From the NCBI GenBank assembly GCA_001775995.1, contig MEZH01000007.1, forward strand, positions 123,761 through 187,760: DNA of 64,000 bases, in the 5' to 3' direction. Within the stretch, counting starts at the first letter, position 1; each line of letters starts with the position of its first letter. A program made the translations under genes and the position numbers. The notes beneath the pieces were generated by a model. It did not search any database and was not told the DNA's origin. It saw nothing but the letters and a program-made list of their open reading frames with translations. The stretch is from Candidatus Bathyarchaeota archaeon RBG_16_48_13 (GTDB lineage Archaea > Thermoproteota > Bathyarchaeia > RBG-16-48-13). Shown here piece after piece: positions 56,782 through 64,000 of the stretch.

Positions 56782-57438
56782 TCACCTAACCCAATCTGAG
56801 GGTGTAACGATCCTATGGGTTCCTTTGAGAGCCTCAAATGTGCTATAGGTTGATGACGAAACGGTCCTAGTCGACCCAAAACTTCTAGTCCAACAATCTT
56901 TGATACCGGCCAATTTCAGAATAATCTTTGAGTATTCCCCCGCCACCAATCCCAACCCACGTGGACCAGGGATTATCTCAACTGCTACACTGCCGCATTT
57001 CCCTTTTACTCTAAAGGGCAAAGAATGTGGCTGCCCACATCCGCACTCCCAACTCCCGCAACCTCTACGCACCGGAAAAATGTTAAGTTTCGCATTAATA
57101 GTGGCTTTTTCTATAGCGTTTCTTACTTGTTTGGCTTTGCCACCACCCAAACCAATGTAACCATCCACATTTCCGAGGGCGACAATCGCCTTGAATCTAG
57201 ACCTCTCGCCTGCGTCAGTTTGCTTCTGAACTAGGTTAATGTTCAATACCTCTGTAGTCAGGTTGGGCAGGAGCACATCAACGATCTCGGATTCTTGGAT
57301 CTTTATGCCTTCAGAGAATATATCTGAAATCGAAGTAATCTTCCCCTCTTGGACAAGCTTTCCAAGATGGGTTCTTGGAACCCACATGCTCAACGCTTGA
57401 TCTCTCTCTGCCATTCTATATTGGGACATTAGTCTCAC
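56782..57438 (-). CDS. rps5: 30S ribosomal protein S5 (uS5)
   Basis: 'FKAIVALGNVDGYIGLGGGKAKQVRNAIEKA' and 'GSVAVEIIPGPRGLGLVAG'. Confidence 0.9.
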   Translation of the reverse strand: MRLMSQYRMAERDQALSMWVPRTHLGKLVQEGKITSISDIFSEGIKIQESEIVDVLLPNLTTEVLNINLVQKQTDAGERSRFKAIVALGNVDGYIGLGGGKAKQVRNAIEKATINAKLNIFPVRRGCGSWECGCGQPHSLPFRVKGKCGSVAVEIIPGPRGLGLVAGEYSKIILKLAGIKDCWTRSFGSTRTVSSSTYSTFEALKGTHRIVTPSDWVR

Positions 57439-58027
57439 CAGCTAAGTTTCTTTGAATCTCCTTTTTCACTTTCTCAAATCCATTAGGAATTTGCTCTGGG
57501 GGCCACCGGTTTGCCAAGTTTCTTGAAAAAGAGCGGCTATACAGGTCAGGGGTATTTTGGCTCAGAGAAGCCCCATAATTAGCTATATGTTTCCCACTTA
57601 TGCGGTCGGCGTCGGGCAGGGCTTTCTCATCATGAGCAATTTCGAGACCTGCATCCAACGCCCCCTTCAACGATGCGAGTATTCTGGTGCCTTTGGAGGG
57701 AGTCAACAGGCCCACATCCAAAATAGCTTGTTTGAGCCCAGAGGATTTTGCTCTTGAACCGATCAGGAAACCTACAAGGTAGGCTGAAGGTATGTTTCCG
57801 CCGCTACCAAGCCATCCGAACTTTCTGAGTTCCTTCGAGTTGGCTGACGCTAAAACATAGTCGCCTATCGGTTTTGATTCTACTATTTGAACAGACATAT
57901 TCCTTAGCGAACCTCTAGGAACAAAACGGGGGACGCGGGAGAGGATCAGTTTCCTTCTCCTATGAAAGTTAGTTCTTCCTTCTCTTCGCCGTCTAAACAT
58001 AACTCTGTAGGTAGGTCCAGTAGCCAA
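57416..58027 (-). CDS. rpl18: 50S ribosomal protein L18 (uL18)
   Basis: 'YRVMFRRRREGRTNFHRRRKLI' uL18 N-terminus. Confidence 0.85.
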   Translation of the reverse strand: MATGPTYRVMFRRRREGRTNFHRRRKLILSRVPRFVPRGSLRNMSVQIVESKPIGDYVLASANSKELRKFGWLGSGGNIPSAYLVGFLIGSRAKSSGLKQAILDVGLLTPSKGTRILASLKGALDAGLEIAHDEKALPDADRISGKHIANYGASLSQNTPDLYSRSFSRNLANRWPPEQIPNGFEKVKKEIQRNLAGETNVPI

Positions 58028-58032
58028 TTAGT

Positions 58033-58485
58033 CTACCTCCTCCGAATGAGATTGCTCGCTTTCAAGTACTGTTCGAGATGGGATGCGTTTTTGAATGTTC
58101 CACCTTTGGATTTTCTATAAAGCTGGCGGTATGCCTTTTTTGTCAGAAGATGGCCATCCCTTAAAGTCTTCAGGCGTCTCCTCAAGACGCGAATATTGAT
58201 GATCCAAACATCTTTTCTTGGCTGTCTTGCGCCTGACGAACCTTCTCGGCTTCCTCTACCGCTTCTTCTTCCGATTTTTCTTCTCTCATGAAGGAATTTA
58301 GCTCTAGAACGACTTACGCCTTTTTCAGCGAGTGATTTGATCGATTTTTCATGAATTAGGCGGCGGATATCCCCGCGCGTCAGGGCTACATCTATCTCTT
58401 CGATTCGTTCGGGATCCAGCCAGACTCTATTCTGACCTATTTTTAGTATCTCAGCGGCTAATCTTCTTTGAGTCTTTAGGCTCAA
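58033..58485 (-). CDS. rpl19e: 50S ribosomal protein L19e
   Basis: 'MSLKTQRRLAAEILKIGQNRVWLDP' L19e N-terminus. Confidence 0.85.
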   Translation of the reverse strand: MSLKTQRRLAAEILKIGQNRVWLDPERIEEIDVALTRGDIRRLIHEKSIKSLAEKGVSRSRAKFLHERRKIGRRSGRGSREGSSGARQPRKDVWIINIRVLRRRLKTLRDGHLLTKKAYRQLYRKSKGGTFKNASHLEQYLKASNLIRRR

Positions 58486-58927
58486 GCTCCTTCACTTCCT
58501 TAGGATTGAGAATTCGTATTCCAAGCTCCTTTGCCTTTTCAATTATGCCCAGTCTCTTTCTCTTTGAAACGGCATGAGCTATTCGCGCTGCCTGTTTTGC
58601 AGCATCAATTTTCTCTAGATCTTTGACATTCCAGACTGCTGTATCTTCTAAACCTGATGAGTGAAGGCCTCGAATTTTTCGTGGCGAACCGTAACCCGTG
58701 CTAGGCTGTTTTGGCACAGCCTTCTCTTTGTACCTCATCCTGCTATCGATTCCTCGAGGTGCCCTCCATCGATTCTTGACCCGCTTATAGCGCCAGCTCG
58801 ATTGCCTGGCGAATTCTGGTTTAGCTTCTTTTGATTCTGAACGTAGTCTGAGCAGTCTGGCAGTCTCGGGATTGCGCTTATCGCCTTTGAGGTCGATCTT
58901 TTTTTCCTTGTCTTTTGTCTCGGACAT
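58451..58927 (-). CDS. rpl32e: 50S ribosomal protein L32e
   Basis: 'PEFARQSSWRYKRVKNRWRAPRGIDSRMR' L32e core. Confidence 0.8.
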   Translation of the reverse strand: MSETKDKEKKIDLKGDKRNPETARLLRLRSESKEAKPEFARQSSWRYKRVKNRWRAPRGIDSRMRYKEKAVPKQPSTGYGSPRKIRGLHSSGLEDTAVWNVKDLEKIDAAKQAARIAHAVSKRKRLGIIEKAKELGIRILNPKEVKELEPKDSKKISR

Positions 58928-58929
58928 TT

Positions 58930-59499
58930 CTAGATCTGCCCCTCGCCCTTTTCGGAGATGTAGATGCCATCCAAGAACACCCTAGGATCTTTGTCTTTTG
59001 ACTTTGTTGCAAGTTCCATATTGGCAGCAGTTTGACTAACTTTCTCTAAATCAACTCCCTCAACCAAGATTTCGTCGCCCTTGACTGTGACCTTGGAGTC
59101 TCCAACTATCTTGGAAGTTCTCGGGTGTCTCTCTCCGGTGAAGTTCTGGATTACGACCGTCTTTCCTTGGACCTTGACTGTAATCGGAAAATGGGCATAT
59201 ACCACTTTGAGTCTGTAAGTATAGCCCTTTTGGACGCCTTTCAACATATTCTCTATATGAACGCCTAAAGTTCCTATCAGAGCGATTTCTCGCTTTCTGG
59301 GATTAGCGGTGGTAATTGTCAAAGTCCGTTCAGACAAGGAGAAACCTACTGGGACTGGCGAGAAATCCCTGGTAATTTCTCCTTTGTGGCCCCTGACGGA
59401 TATCTTCTGGCCTTCAACCAGTAGATCTACTCCTTCAGGTATTGGTATAACGATGGATTTGATGCCTTCATTGTTCATAGATTTCGCCTCAATAGACAT
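58930..59499 (-). CDS. rpl6: 50S ribosomal protein L6 (uL6)
   Basis: Two uL6 repeat domains ('[19 protein letters not shown]', '[27 protein letters not shown]'). Confidence 0.85.
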   Translation of the reverse strand: MSIEAKSMNNEGIKSIVIPIPEGVDLLVEGQKISVRGHKGEITRDFSPVPVGFSLSERTLTITTANPRKREIALIGTLGVHIENMLKGVQKGYTYRLKVVYAHFPITVKVQGKTVVIQNFTGERHPRTSKIVGDSKVTVKGDEILVEGVDLEKVSQTAANMELATKSKDKDPRVFLDGIYISEKGEGQI

Positions 59500-59881
59500 A
59501 AGCTAAGAGCCTACCGCCCATTCTGTTTTCTTTAGCCTCCTTGTGAGCTAAGACACCTTTCGAAGAAGATATTATCAGGAGTCCCATGTCGTGAGATGGA
59601 AGATATCTCTTCTCCCATTCCTCATATCCTTCGAACTTCACGGGATGTCTCCCCTTGTCGATCCCGCATTTATTGACTCTCCCCAGAAGTTGAACTTTGA
59701 ATTTTCCAGCTTGGCCATCATCTATGAACTCAAACTCACCAACATAGCCGTTCTTCTGGAGTACTCTGAGGACATGACCTACTAGTTTGGAGGCTGGGCT
59801 AATGATGCATTCCCTTTTCTTTCTCATTTCGTTATTGTTTATGGTAGTCATTGCATTTGCCAAAGGATTTGTTGTGACCAT
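59489..59881 (-). CDS. rps8: 30S ribosomal protein S8 (uS8)
   Basis: '[21 protein letters not shown]' and C-terminal 'GGRLLAYVY'. Confidence 0.85.
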   Translation of the reverse strand: MVTTNPLANAMTTINNNEMRKKRECIISPASKLVGHVLRVLQKNGYVGEFEFIDDGQAGKFKVQLLGRVNKCGIDKGRHPVKFEGYEEWEKRYLPSHDMGLLIISSSKGVLAHKEAKENRMGGRLLAYVY

Positions 59882-59892
59882 TCATCATCGCC

Positions 59893-60057
59893 TCAACTGA
59901 ACTTCCTGAATCCGAGTTTCTCGGCTACTTCTCTGAAGCATTGACGGCAGAGGTTCAATCCATAACGTCGTATTATGGGACCGTAGGAGCCGCACCTTAC
60001 GCAGGGCCTGCTGCCCTTCCCAAACTTCCTTTCCTTTTTTGCTTGTTTCTTACCCAT
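59893..60057 (-). CDS. rps14: 30S ribosomal protein S14 (uS14, zinc-binding type)
   Basis: Not in the ORF track (54 aa). Manual translation gives '[54 protein letters not shown]' with CxxC...CxxC, located between rpl5 and rps8. Confidence 0.8.
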   Translation of the reverse strand: MGKKQAKKERKFGKGSRPCVRCGSYGPIIRRYGLNLCRQCFREVAEKLGFRKFS

Positions 60058-60061
60058 TTGC

Positions 60062-60616
60062 TCAGGCCTCCTCAGATTTGGTAGTAACCCCGAATTGCTC
60101 TCTCATTATTTCTATCGTTTCTTTAGGAGTTGGGCGGTAACCCTCCTTTATGCGTCTATTCATGATTCGTCTTCTCGTGACGCGAATCCCGGGTTTTATG
60201 AAAGAAACCGAAATATCCATGCCGATGATGCCGAGTTCAGGAACGTATTTTGTCCCAGGTATCTCTATGTGCTCCTTGATCCCGAAGGAGAAATTTCCGA
60301 ATCTGTCAAAGCTCGATTCGGGCAATTTGTTTTCGACGACATCCAACACGCGTTTCAGAAAATCAATCGCCTTAGTTCCCCTCAGCGTAACCATGCACGA
60401 TATCGGTTCTCCCTTTCTTATGCCAAATTCCCTGATAGACTTCTTGGCATTTCTCTGACAGGGAGTCTGATTTGTAAGTTCTTTGAGAACCTTTATCGCC
60501 TTTTCCAGTGGGGCGCCGGATTCGCCGACACACACGTCCACAGTCACCTTCTCGATCTTCGGTCTAAGTGTCGGATTCAGCTTCCGTGATTCAGCTGTCG
60601 CCTCATTCTGACTCAT
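60062..60616 (-). CDS. rpl5: 50S ribosomal protein L5 (uL5)
   Basis: '[21 protein letters not shown]' and 'GMDISVS' uL5 motifs. Confidence 0.9.
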   Translation of the reverse strand: MSQNEATAESRKLNPTLRPKIEKVTVDVCVGESGAPLEKAIKVLKELTNQTPCQRNAKKSIREFGIRKGEPISCMVTLRGTKAIDFLKRVLDVVENKLPESSFDRFGNFSFGIKEHIEIPGTKYVPELGIIGMDISVSFIKPGIRVTRRRIMNRRIKEGYRPTPKETIEIMREQFGVTTKSEEA

Positions 60617-61371
60617 GTTTCTACCTCAGACACCGAGATCCATGGAGCTTCCCTTCCGATAGCGAAAACATATCCTAAAGTGGTCTGAAGACGCTTTCCA
60701 CCAGCACTTTCCAGAGTGATGAATGTCGGATAAGGTCCTTTCTTCTTCTCTATTGCTATGACTTTGCCATAGCTACCAACGTTCTTTCCGCCCGTCACCA
60801 AAGCGAAAACGCCCTCTTCAAATCTCAAATGACCCAGCATTTCCTGTTTGGGAATGCTGATTTTTAGCACGTCGGATGTTTTGTAGACGTCTTCATCGGG
60901 CTTCTTGACATCCTTAACGGTTATCACCAAGTTTCGTCCATCGTGGAGGTTGAGCTGAACATGTCCTTTCCTTACTGCAGATTTGTTATCTATCTTGCAG
61001 AGTTTGAACATAGCCTCATCGGTTGTGATTTGATGAAGAATCAAACCCTTCTTTGGATGAGAAAGAATCCGAAAGGCTACGCTCAGATCAGGTACTTCTA
61101 TGACGTCCATTAGACCTATTGAGGACTTCTCATCGGCGACGATTTTTCCGTCTACTTTCACTTTCTTCTCGGAAAGAATTATCTTCGCTTCTTTCTTTGT
61201 ATTGGCGTATTTCAATGCTTCCCGCAAGGCTAGGAGAATCGGCATGCTCTCTGCTATTGTATGTGATCCCGGAATTGGTTTTGCAACAAACTTGTTCTCT
61301 TTTCTATGGATGGGCCAATAAGATGGCGAAGCCATCCTTTTCAAGTGTCTGGAACCGCCTTTTCCTCCCAA
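60613..61371 (-). CDS. rps4e: 30S ribosomal protein S4e
   Basis: 'GSRHLKRMASPSYWPIHRKENKFVAKP' S4e N-terminus. Confidence 0.9.
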   Translation of the reverse strand: MGGKGGSRHLKRMASPSYWPIHRKENKFVAKPIPGSHTIAESMPILLALREALKYANTKKEAKIILSEKKVKVDGKIVADEKSSIGLMDVIEVPDLSVAFRILSHPKKGLILHQITTDEAMFKLCKIDNKSAVRKGHVQLNLHDGRNLVITVKDVKKPDEDVYKTSDVLKISIPKQEMLGHLRFEEGVFALVTGGKNVGSYGKVIAIEKKKGPYPTFITLESAGGKRLQTTLGYVFAIGREAPWISVSEVET

Positions 61372-61373
61372 GT

Positions 61374-61814
61374 CTAGGATTCGGCCTCCTCTTTCTTCCT
61401 CGGTTTATGCTTCTTACTACCGGCTTTCTTTCTCTTTGCGGGTGTTTCCAAAGTTTTTTCGGCAACTTTGGTTTCTTCCAGCTTCACACCACGCCGTTTC
61501 AGCATATTTCTTCTCCATTTATCATCAAGACTGATTTTTGTTATCTTGACCTTTGATGGATGTACGGGGACAAAAATGGAAGAACCATCAGCTTTTTCCC
61601 TCGTTATGCCATCGATGTAGAGCTTTGCCCTCTCGATATCTACCTTATTCACTTTTCCTTCGACCCCCAAGAAATCGCCACGGACCACGGATATTGTGTC
61701 TCCTTTTCGCACTCCAAAGGTCTTGAGTTTGTATTTTTCCCGGAGTTCATGTGATAGGGGCGCAGCCATGAAACTAGCCACTTTTCCTAAATCTCCTTTT
61801 GAACGAGCTTTCAT
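61374..61814 (-). CDS. rpl24: 50S ribosomal protein L24 (uL24, KOW) with lysine-rich C-terminal tail
   Basis: 'VRKGDTISVVRGDFLGVEGKVNKVD' KOW motif. Confidence 0.85.
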   Translation of the reverse strand: MKARSKGDLGKVASFMAAPLSHELREKYKLKTFGVRKGDTISVVRGDFLGVEGKVNKVDIERAKLYIDGITREKADGSSIFVPVHPSKVKITKISLDDKWRRNMLKRRGVKLEETKVAEKTLETPAKRKKAGSKKHKPRKKEEAES

Positions 61815-61827
61815 GATGTGGATTCCT

Positions 61828-62265
61828 CTACACTATTATGCCAGCAACGTTTGCGATCCGAGGCCATCTTTCTGCAGCTTCTTTAGCTACCGGACCCTTA
61901 ATCTCTGATCCCTTCAACTCCCCTTCAGGCGTCATTATTACCACTGCGTTATCTTCAAAGCCGACCCAAGTTCCATCGGGCCTCCTGAATCGCTTCCTCT
62001 GCCTTACAACAACAGCCGGGAGCATTTGTCTTCTGAGATCTGGAGCGCCCTTCCTAACCGAAACAATTATCATGTCACCCACACAGGCGGAGGCCAAACG
62101 TCTGAGTCTTCCCTTGTAGCCTTTCACCTGAATTATCCTCACAGCCCGGGCACCTGTATTGTCGGCGCAGTGGACAACAGCTCCAGTTGGCAGACCACGG
62201 GTTATATGTGGTCTGAACTCGATTACACCCTTGGCTGAAACGGCTCTTGTCTTTGGACCTGGCAT
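61828..62265 (-). CDS. rpl14: 50S ribosomal protein L14 (uL14)
   Basis: '[44 protein letters not shown]'. Start at the ATG at 62265, 2 nt after the rps17 stop. The track ORF extends to 62328 into rps17. Confidence 0.9.
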   Translation of the reverse strand: MPGPKTRAVSAKGVIEFRPHITRGLPTGAVVHCADNTGARAVRIIQVKGYKGRLRRLASACVGDMIIVSVRKGAPDLRRQMLPAVVVRQRKRFRRPDGTWVGFEDNAVVIMTPEGELKGSEIKGPVAKEAAERWPRIANVAGIIV

Positions 62266-62267
62266 CT

Positions 62268-62594
62268 TCAAACGCCTTCGAGTCTTTCGATTACTACAAA
62301 ACTTACGGTTTTGCTGAGCGGGCGACACTCTGCTATCTTGACTTTGTCCCCAGACTTAGCGCCTATACAGGGAGGGCTGTGTGCTGAGATATTGCTTCGT
62401 CTCCTTTCATATCTCAGATATTTCTTGATGTATTGGAGATAATCCCTTTGGACTACCACAGTGTCTTTGGATTTATCACTTACCACAGTTCCTTCAAGTA
62501 CTCTGCCTCTTACTCCTAGAGTTCCATGGAAAGGGCATCTCAGATCCTCGCAGGTCCGTTTTGGTAATTTCACGTCTAATCCGATGTTTCGCAT
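62268..62594 (-). CDS. rps17: 30S ribosomal protein S17 (uS17)
   Basis: '[33 protein letters not shown]' uS17 OB-fold core. Confidence 0.85.
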   Translation of the reverse strand: MRNIGLDVKLPKRTCEDLRCPFHGTLGVRGRVLEGTVVSDKSKDTVVVQRDYLQYIKKYLRYERRRSNISAHSPPCIGAKSGDKVKIAECRPLSKTVSFVVIERLEGV

Positions 62595-62597
62595 CGC

Positions 62598-62879
62598 TTA
62601 CCATCTCCGAGTTCTTTTCCTCAGTCTATCTTCAGATCTACCGATAACCTCTGTTCCGTCAATCTCAACCAGACTCCCATCCGGAAAACTCAACTGTAAC
62701 GTTACAACTCCTTTTGGTACGACCTTTTTCTCGTGACCCACAAGCAGAACAAGAGTGTTCTGTGTTTCGTCTATGATTCGTCCTTTGATTCCAGTAATGG
62801 AGGGGTTTTGACTTCTGATCACCCTTGTTTCTAGACCTATTAGCTCATGTCTTAAGACGGTTCTTTGGGTTATTGGCAT
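62598..62879 (-). CDS. rnp1: RNase P protein component 1 (Rpp29/Pop4 homolog)
   Basis: 'LIGLETRVIRSQNPSITGIKGRIIDETQNTLVL' Rpp29 Sm-like barrel, in the canonical position between rpl29 and rps17. Confidence 0.7.
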   Translation of the reverse strand: MPITQRTVLRHELIGLETRVIRSQNPSITGIKGRIIDETQNTLVLLVGHEKKVVPKGVVTLQLSFPDGSLVEIDGTEVIGRSEDRLRKRTRRW

Positions 62880-63093
62880 TTGAGATACCTTCCTTTGCAG
62901 CTTTCTCGTTGTCGACGGTCTTGATCCTGGCTATTGTCCTACGAATTTCCCGAATCCTTGCTGGGTTCTCAACGGAGCCTCCAGCTTTTACCATGGCTTT
63001 GAGCTTCAAAAGTTCAATATTCAGCTCCGACAGTCTCTTATCTCGCTGGTCAGGAGGGAAACCCCGAATCTCCTTCATTCTAAGGGTTGGCAA
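62845..63093 (-). CDS. rpl29: 50S ribosomal protein L29 (uL29)
   Basis: 'RMKEIRGFPPDQRDKRLSELNIELLKLKAMVKAGG' uL29 helical hairpin. Confidence 0.8.
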   Translation of the reverse strand: MPTLRMKEIRGFPPDQRDKRLSELNIELLKLKAMVKAGGSVENPARIREIRRTIARIKTVDNEKAAKEGISNANNPKNRLKT

Positions 63094-63784
63094 GATTACC
63101 CTCCTGTGGCGTAACTACTTCTTGAGGGGCACCTTCTGGAACTACTTCTTGAGGTGAAGCAATAGTTGAAGAGGGCGAAGGTTGAATTTCTTCGGGTTTG
63201 ACTTCGACCGTTTGTGAAGCCACTTCCGTTCTAGGCATTATATTGACTTTGATTCCAAGGGTTCCTGGTTTCAGTCTGACATGAACAACGGCGGTCCGCA
63301 TATTTCTTTGGGCGAAATCCCCCGTCTTCGGGATGTATCCAGCTCGGAATTTCTCATATCTTGCCCGTTCGCTTCGCAGCTTGCCACGGATTATTATCTC
63401 TGCACCCAAGGGCTTAGCTTCCATGATTCTATTGAGAACCCAGAACCCTACGCGCCTGAAGTGGATGCCCTTCTGAAGGGCTGCGGCGACTCTAGAGGCC
63501 ATGATGTTGGGGTTAAGTTCAGGCACTTCAACTTCGGCTACGGCTATCTGGGGATTTGACAACTTGAATCTTTCTTCAAAGAGTTGAGTCAATTCCTTTA
63601 TGTTTTGACCCCTTCTGCCAATTACCAAGCCTGGTTTCATGCTGTATATTGTCACTCGTGTACCCAGAGGTGTCTTGGATATATCAACTCCGCCGTAACC
63701 AGTTCGCTCAAGTTCTTTGGTTAAGAACTCGTCTATTACAAGTTTCTTCTTTGATTCGTTTATGAAGTGCCTGATTACAGACAT
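63080..63784 (-). CDS. rps3: 30S ribosomal protein S3 (uS3) with low-complexity C-terminal extension
   Basis: KH domain 'ELERTGYGGVDISKTPLGTRVTIYSMKPGLVIGRRGQNIKEL' and C-terminal domain. Confidence 0.9.
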   Translation of the reverse strand: MSVIRHFINESKKKLVIDEFLTKELERTGYGGVDISKTPLGTRVTIYSMKPGLVIGRRGQNIKELTQLFEERFKLSNPQIAVAEVEVPELNPNIMASRVAAALQKGIHFRRVGFWVLNRIMEAKPLGAEIIIRGKLRSERARYEKFRAGYIPKTGDFAQRNMRTAVVHVRLKPGTLGIKVNIMPRTEVASQTVEVKPEEIQPSPSSTIASPQEVVPEGAPQEVVTPQEGNLANP

Positions 63785-63786
63785 CG

Positions 63787-64000
63787 TTATACCTCTTCCA
63801 CAACAACCTCAAGGTGGGTCAGTTTGTTGAAATACGGTGTCGCTCTACCATGGGCTCGGGGGATGTATTTTCTTAACACCCTAGCCCTCTGGGAGGCGAT
63901 GTGTATGATTCTAAGCCTCTCAAGGTCTAATCCTTTGTAGGTGGCATTAGATTCCAAACTTTCCAGAATTTTTAGAAGGTTCTTGGCAACTTTTATTGGA
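63787..64000 (-). CDS. rpl22: 50S ribosomal protein L22 (uL22), 5'-truncated by window end
   Basis: Manual translation of the minus strand gives '...ASQRARVLRKYIPRAHGRATPYFNKLTHLEVVVEEV*', a uL22 C-terminus. The stop is at 63787..63789. Confidence 0.8.
   Translation of the reverse strand, partial: PIKVAKNLLKILESLESNATYKGLDLERLRIIHIASQRARVLRKYIPRAHGRATPYFNKLTHLEVVVEEV

Noticed and set aside
61828-62328. 166-aa version of uL14 starting at 62328, and 180-aa version of the DUF126 subunit starting at 41375
   Set aside because: Both extensions run deep into the upstream genes (rps17; PMDh large subunit). Internal ATGs placed right at the upstream stop codons match conserved N-termini.
1-64000. 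CRISPR arrays, rRNA genes, transposases/integrases
   Set aside because: No direct-repeat/spacer periodicity, rRNA-like conserved stretches or transposase/integrase motifs were seen anywhere in the window.

Overview
This is an archaeal chromosomal window, most likely from a TACK/Thermoproteota-like lineage, and it is dense with information-processing genes. All identifications below come from motif reading of the six-frame translations; no database search was possible.

Main contents:
- 45.0-64.0 kb (minus strand): a large ribosomal-protein super-cluster in canonical archaeal order. It reads L22(partial)-S3-L29-Rnp1-S17-L14-L24-S4e-L5-S14-S8-L6-L32e-L19e-L18-S5-L30-L15-SecY-Adk-DUF106-Cmk-L14e-Cbf5-tRNA-S13-S4-S11-RpoD-L18e-L13-S9-RpoN-enolase-S2.
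- 30.4-37.6 kb: a second translation/transcription block (S6e, aIF2-gamma, PIN protein, RpoE', Spt4, DUF359 dephospho-CoA kinase, S27ae, S24e, Ndk, L24e, S28e, L7Ae, GluRS).
- 37.8-44.7 kb: a complete archaeal-type (Aeropyrum-type) mevalonate pathway cluster (MVK, UbiD-like AMPD, AcnX-like PMDh large and small subunits, IPK, IDI-2, GGPP synthase).
- Elsewhere: KEOPS/t6A genes scattered (TsaC, Cgi121, Bud32, Kae1); ArcTGT; an EndoQ-like PHP nuclease; aIF5B; ABCE1; an archaeal histone; FBP aldolase/phosphatase-TIM; KDG kinase-KDPG aldolase.

Most notable observations:
1. cbf5 is split into two ORFs by a 22-nt element that folds into a textbook bulge-helix-bulge motif. This is a tRNA-endonuclease-spliced mRNA intron.
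2. Two tRNA genes carry BHB introns at non-canonical positions. tRNA-Glu has two introns (37/38 and 59/60). tRNA-Ser has one intron at 29/30.
3. Cmk and Ham1 have conserved N-terminal strands encoded upstream of any canonical start codon.
4. An uncharacterised operon encodes a PfkB kinase, a ParB/DGQHR-like protein, a GlyGly-terminated ubiquitin-like protein and Cgi121.
5. An orphan MacB-type ABC ATPase sits next to an unknown soluble protein.
6. A ~630-bp ORF-poor gap at 27.4-28.0 kb is a candidate ncRNA.

No CRISPR array, rRNA gene or recognisable mobile element was seen.
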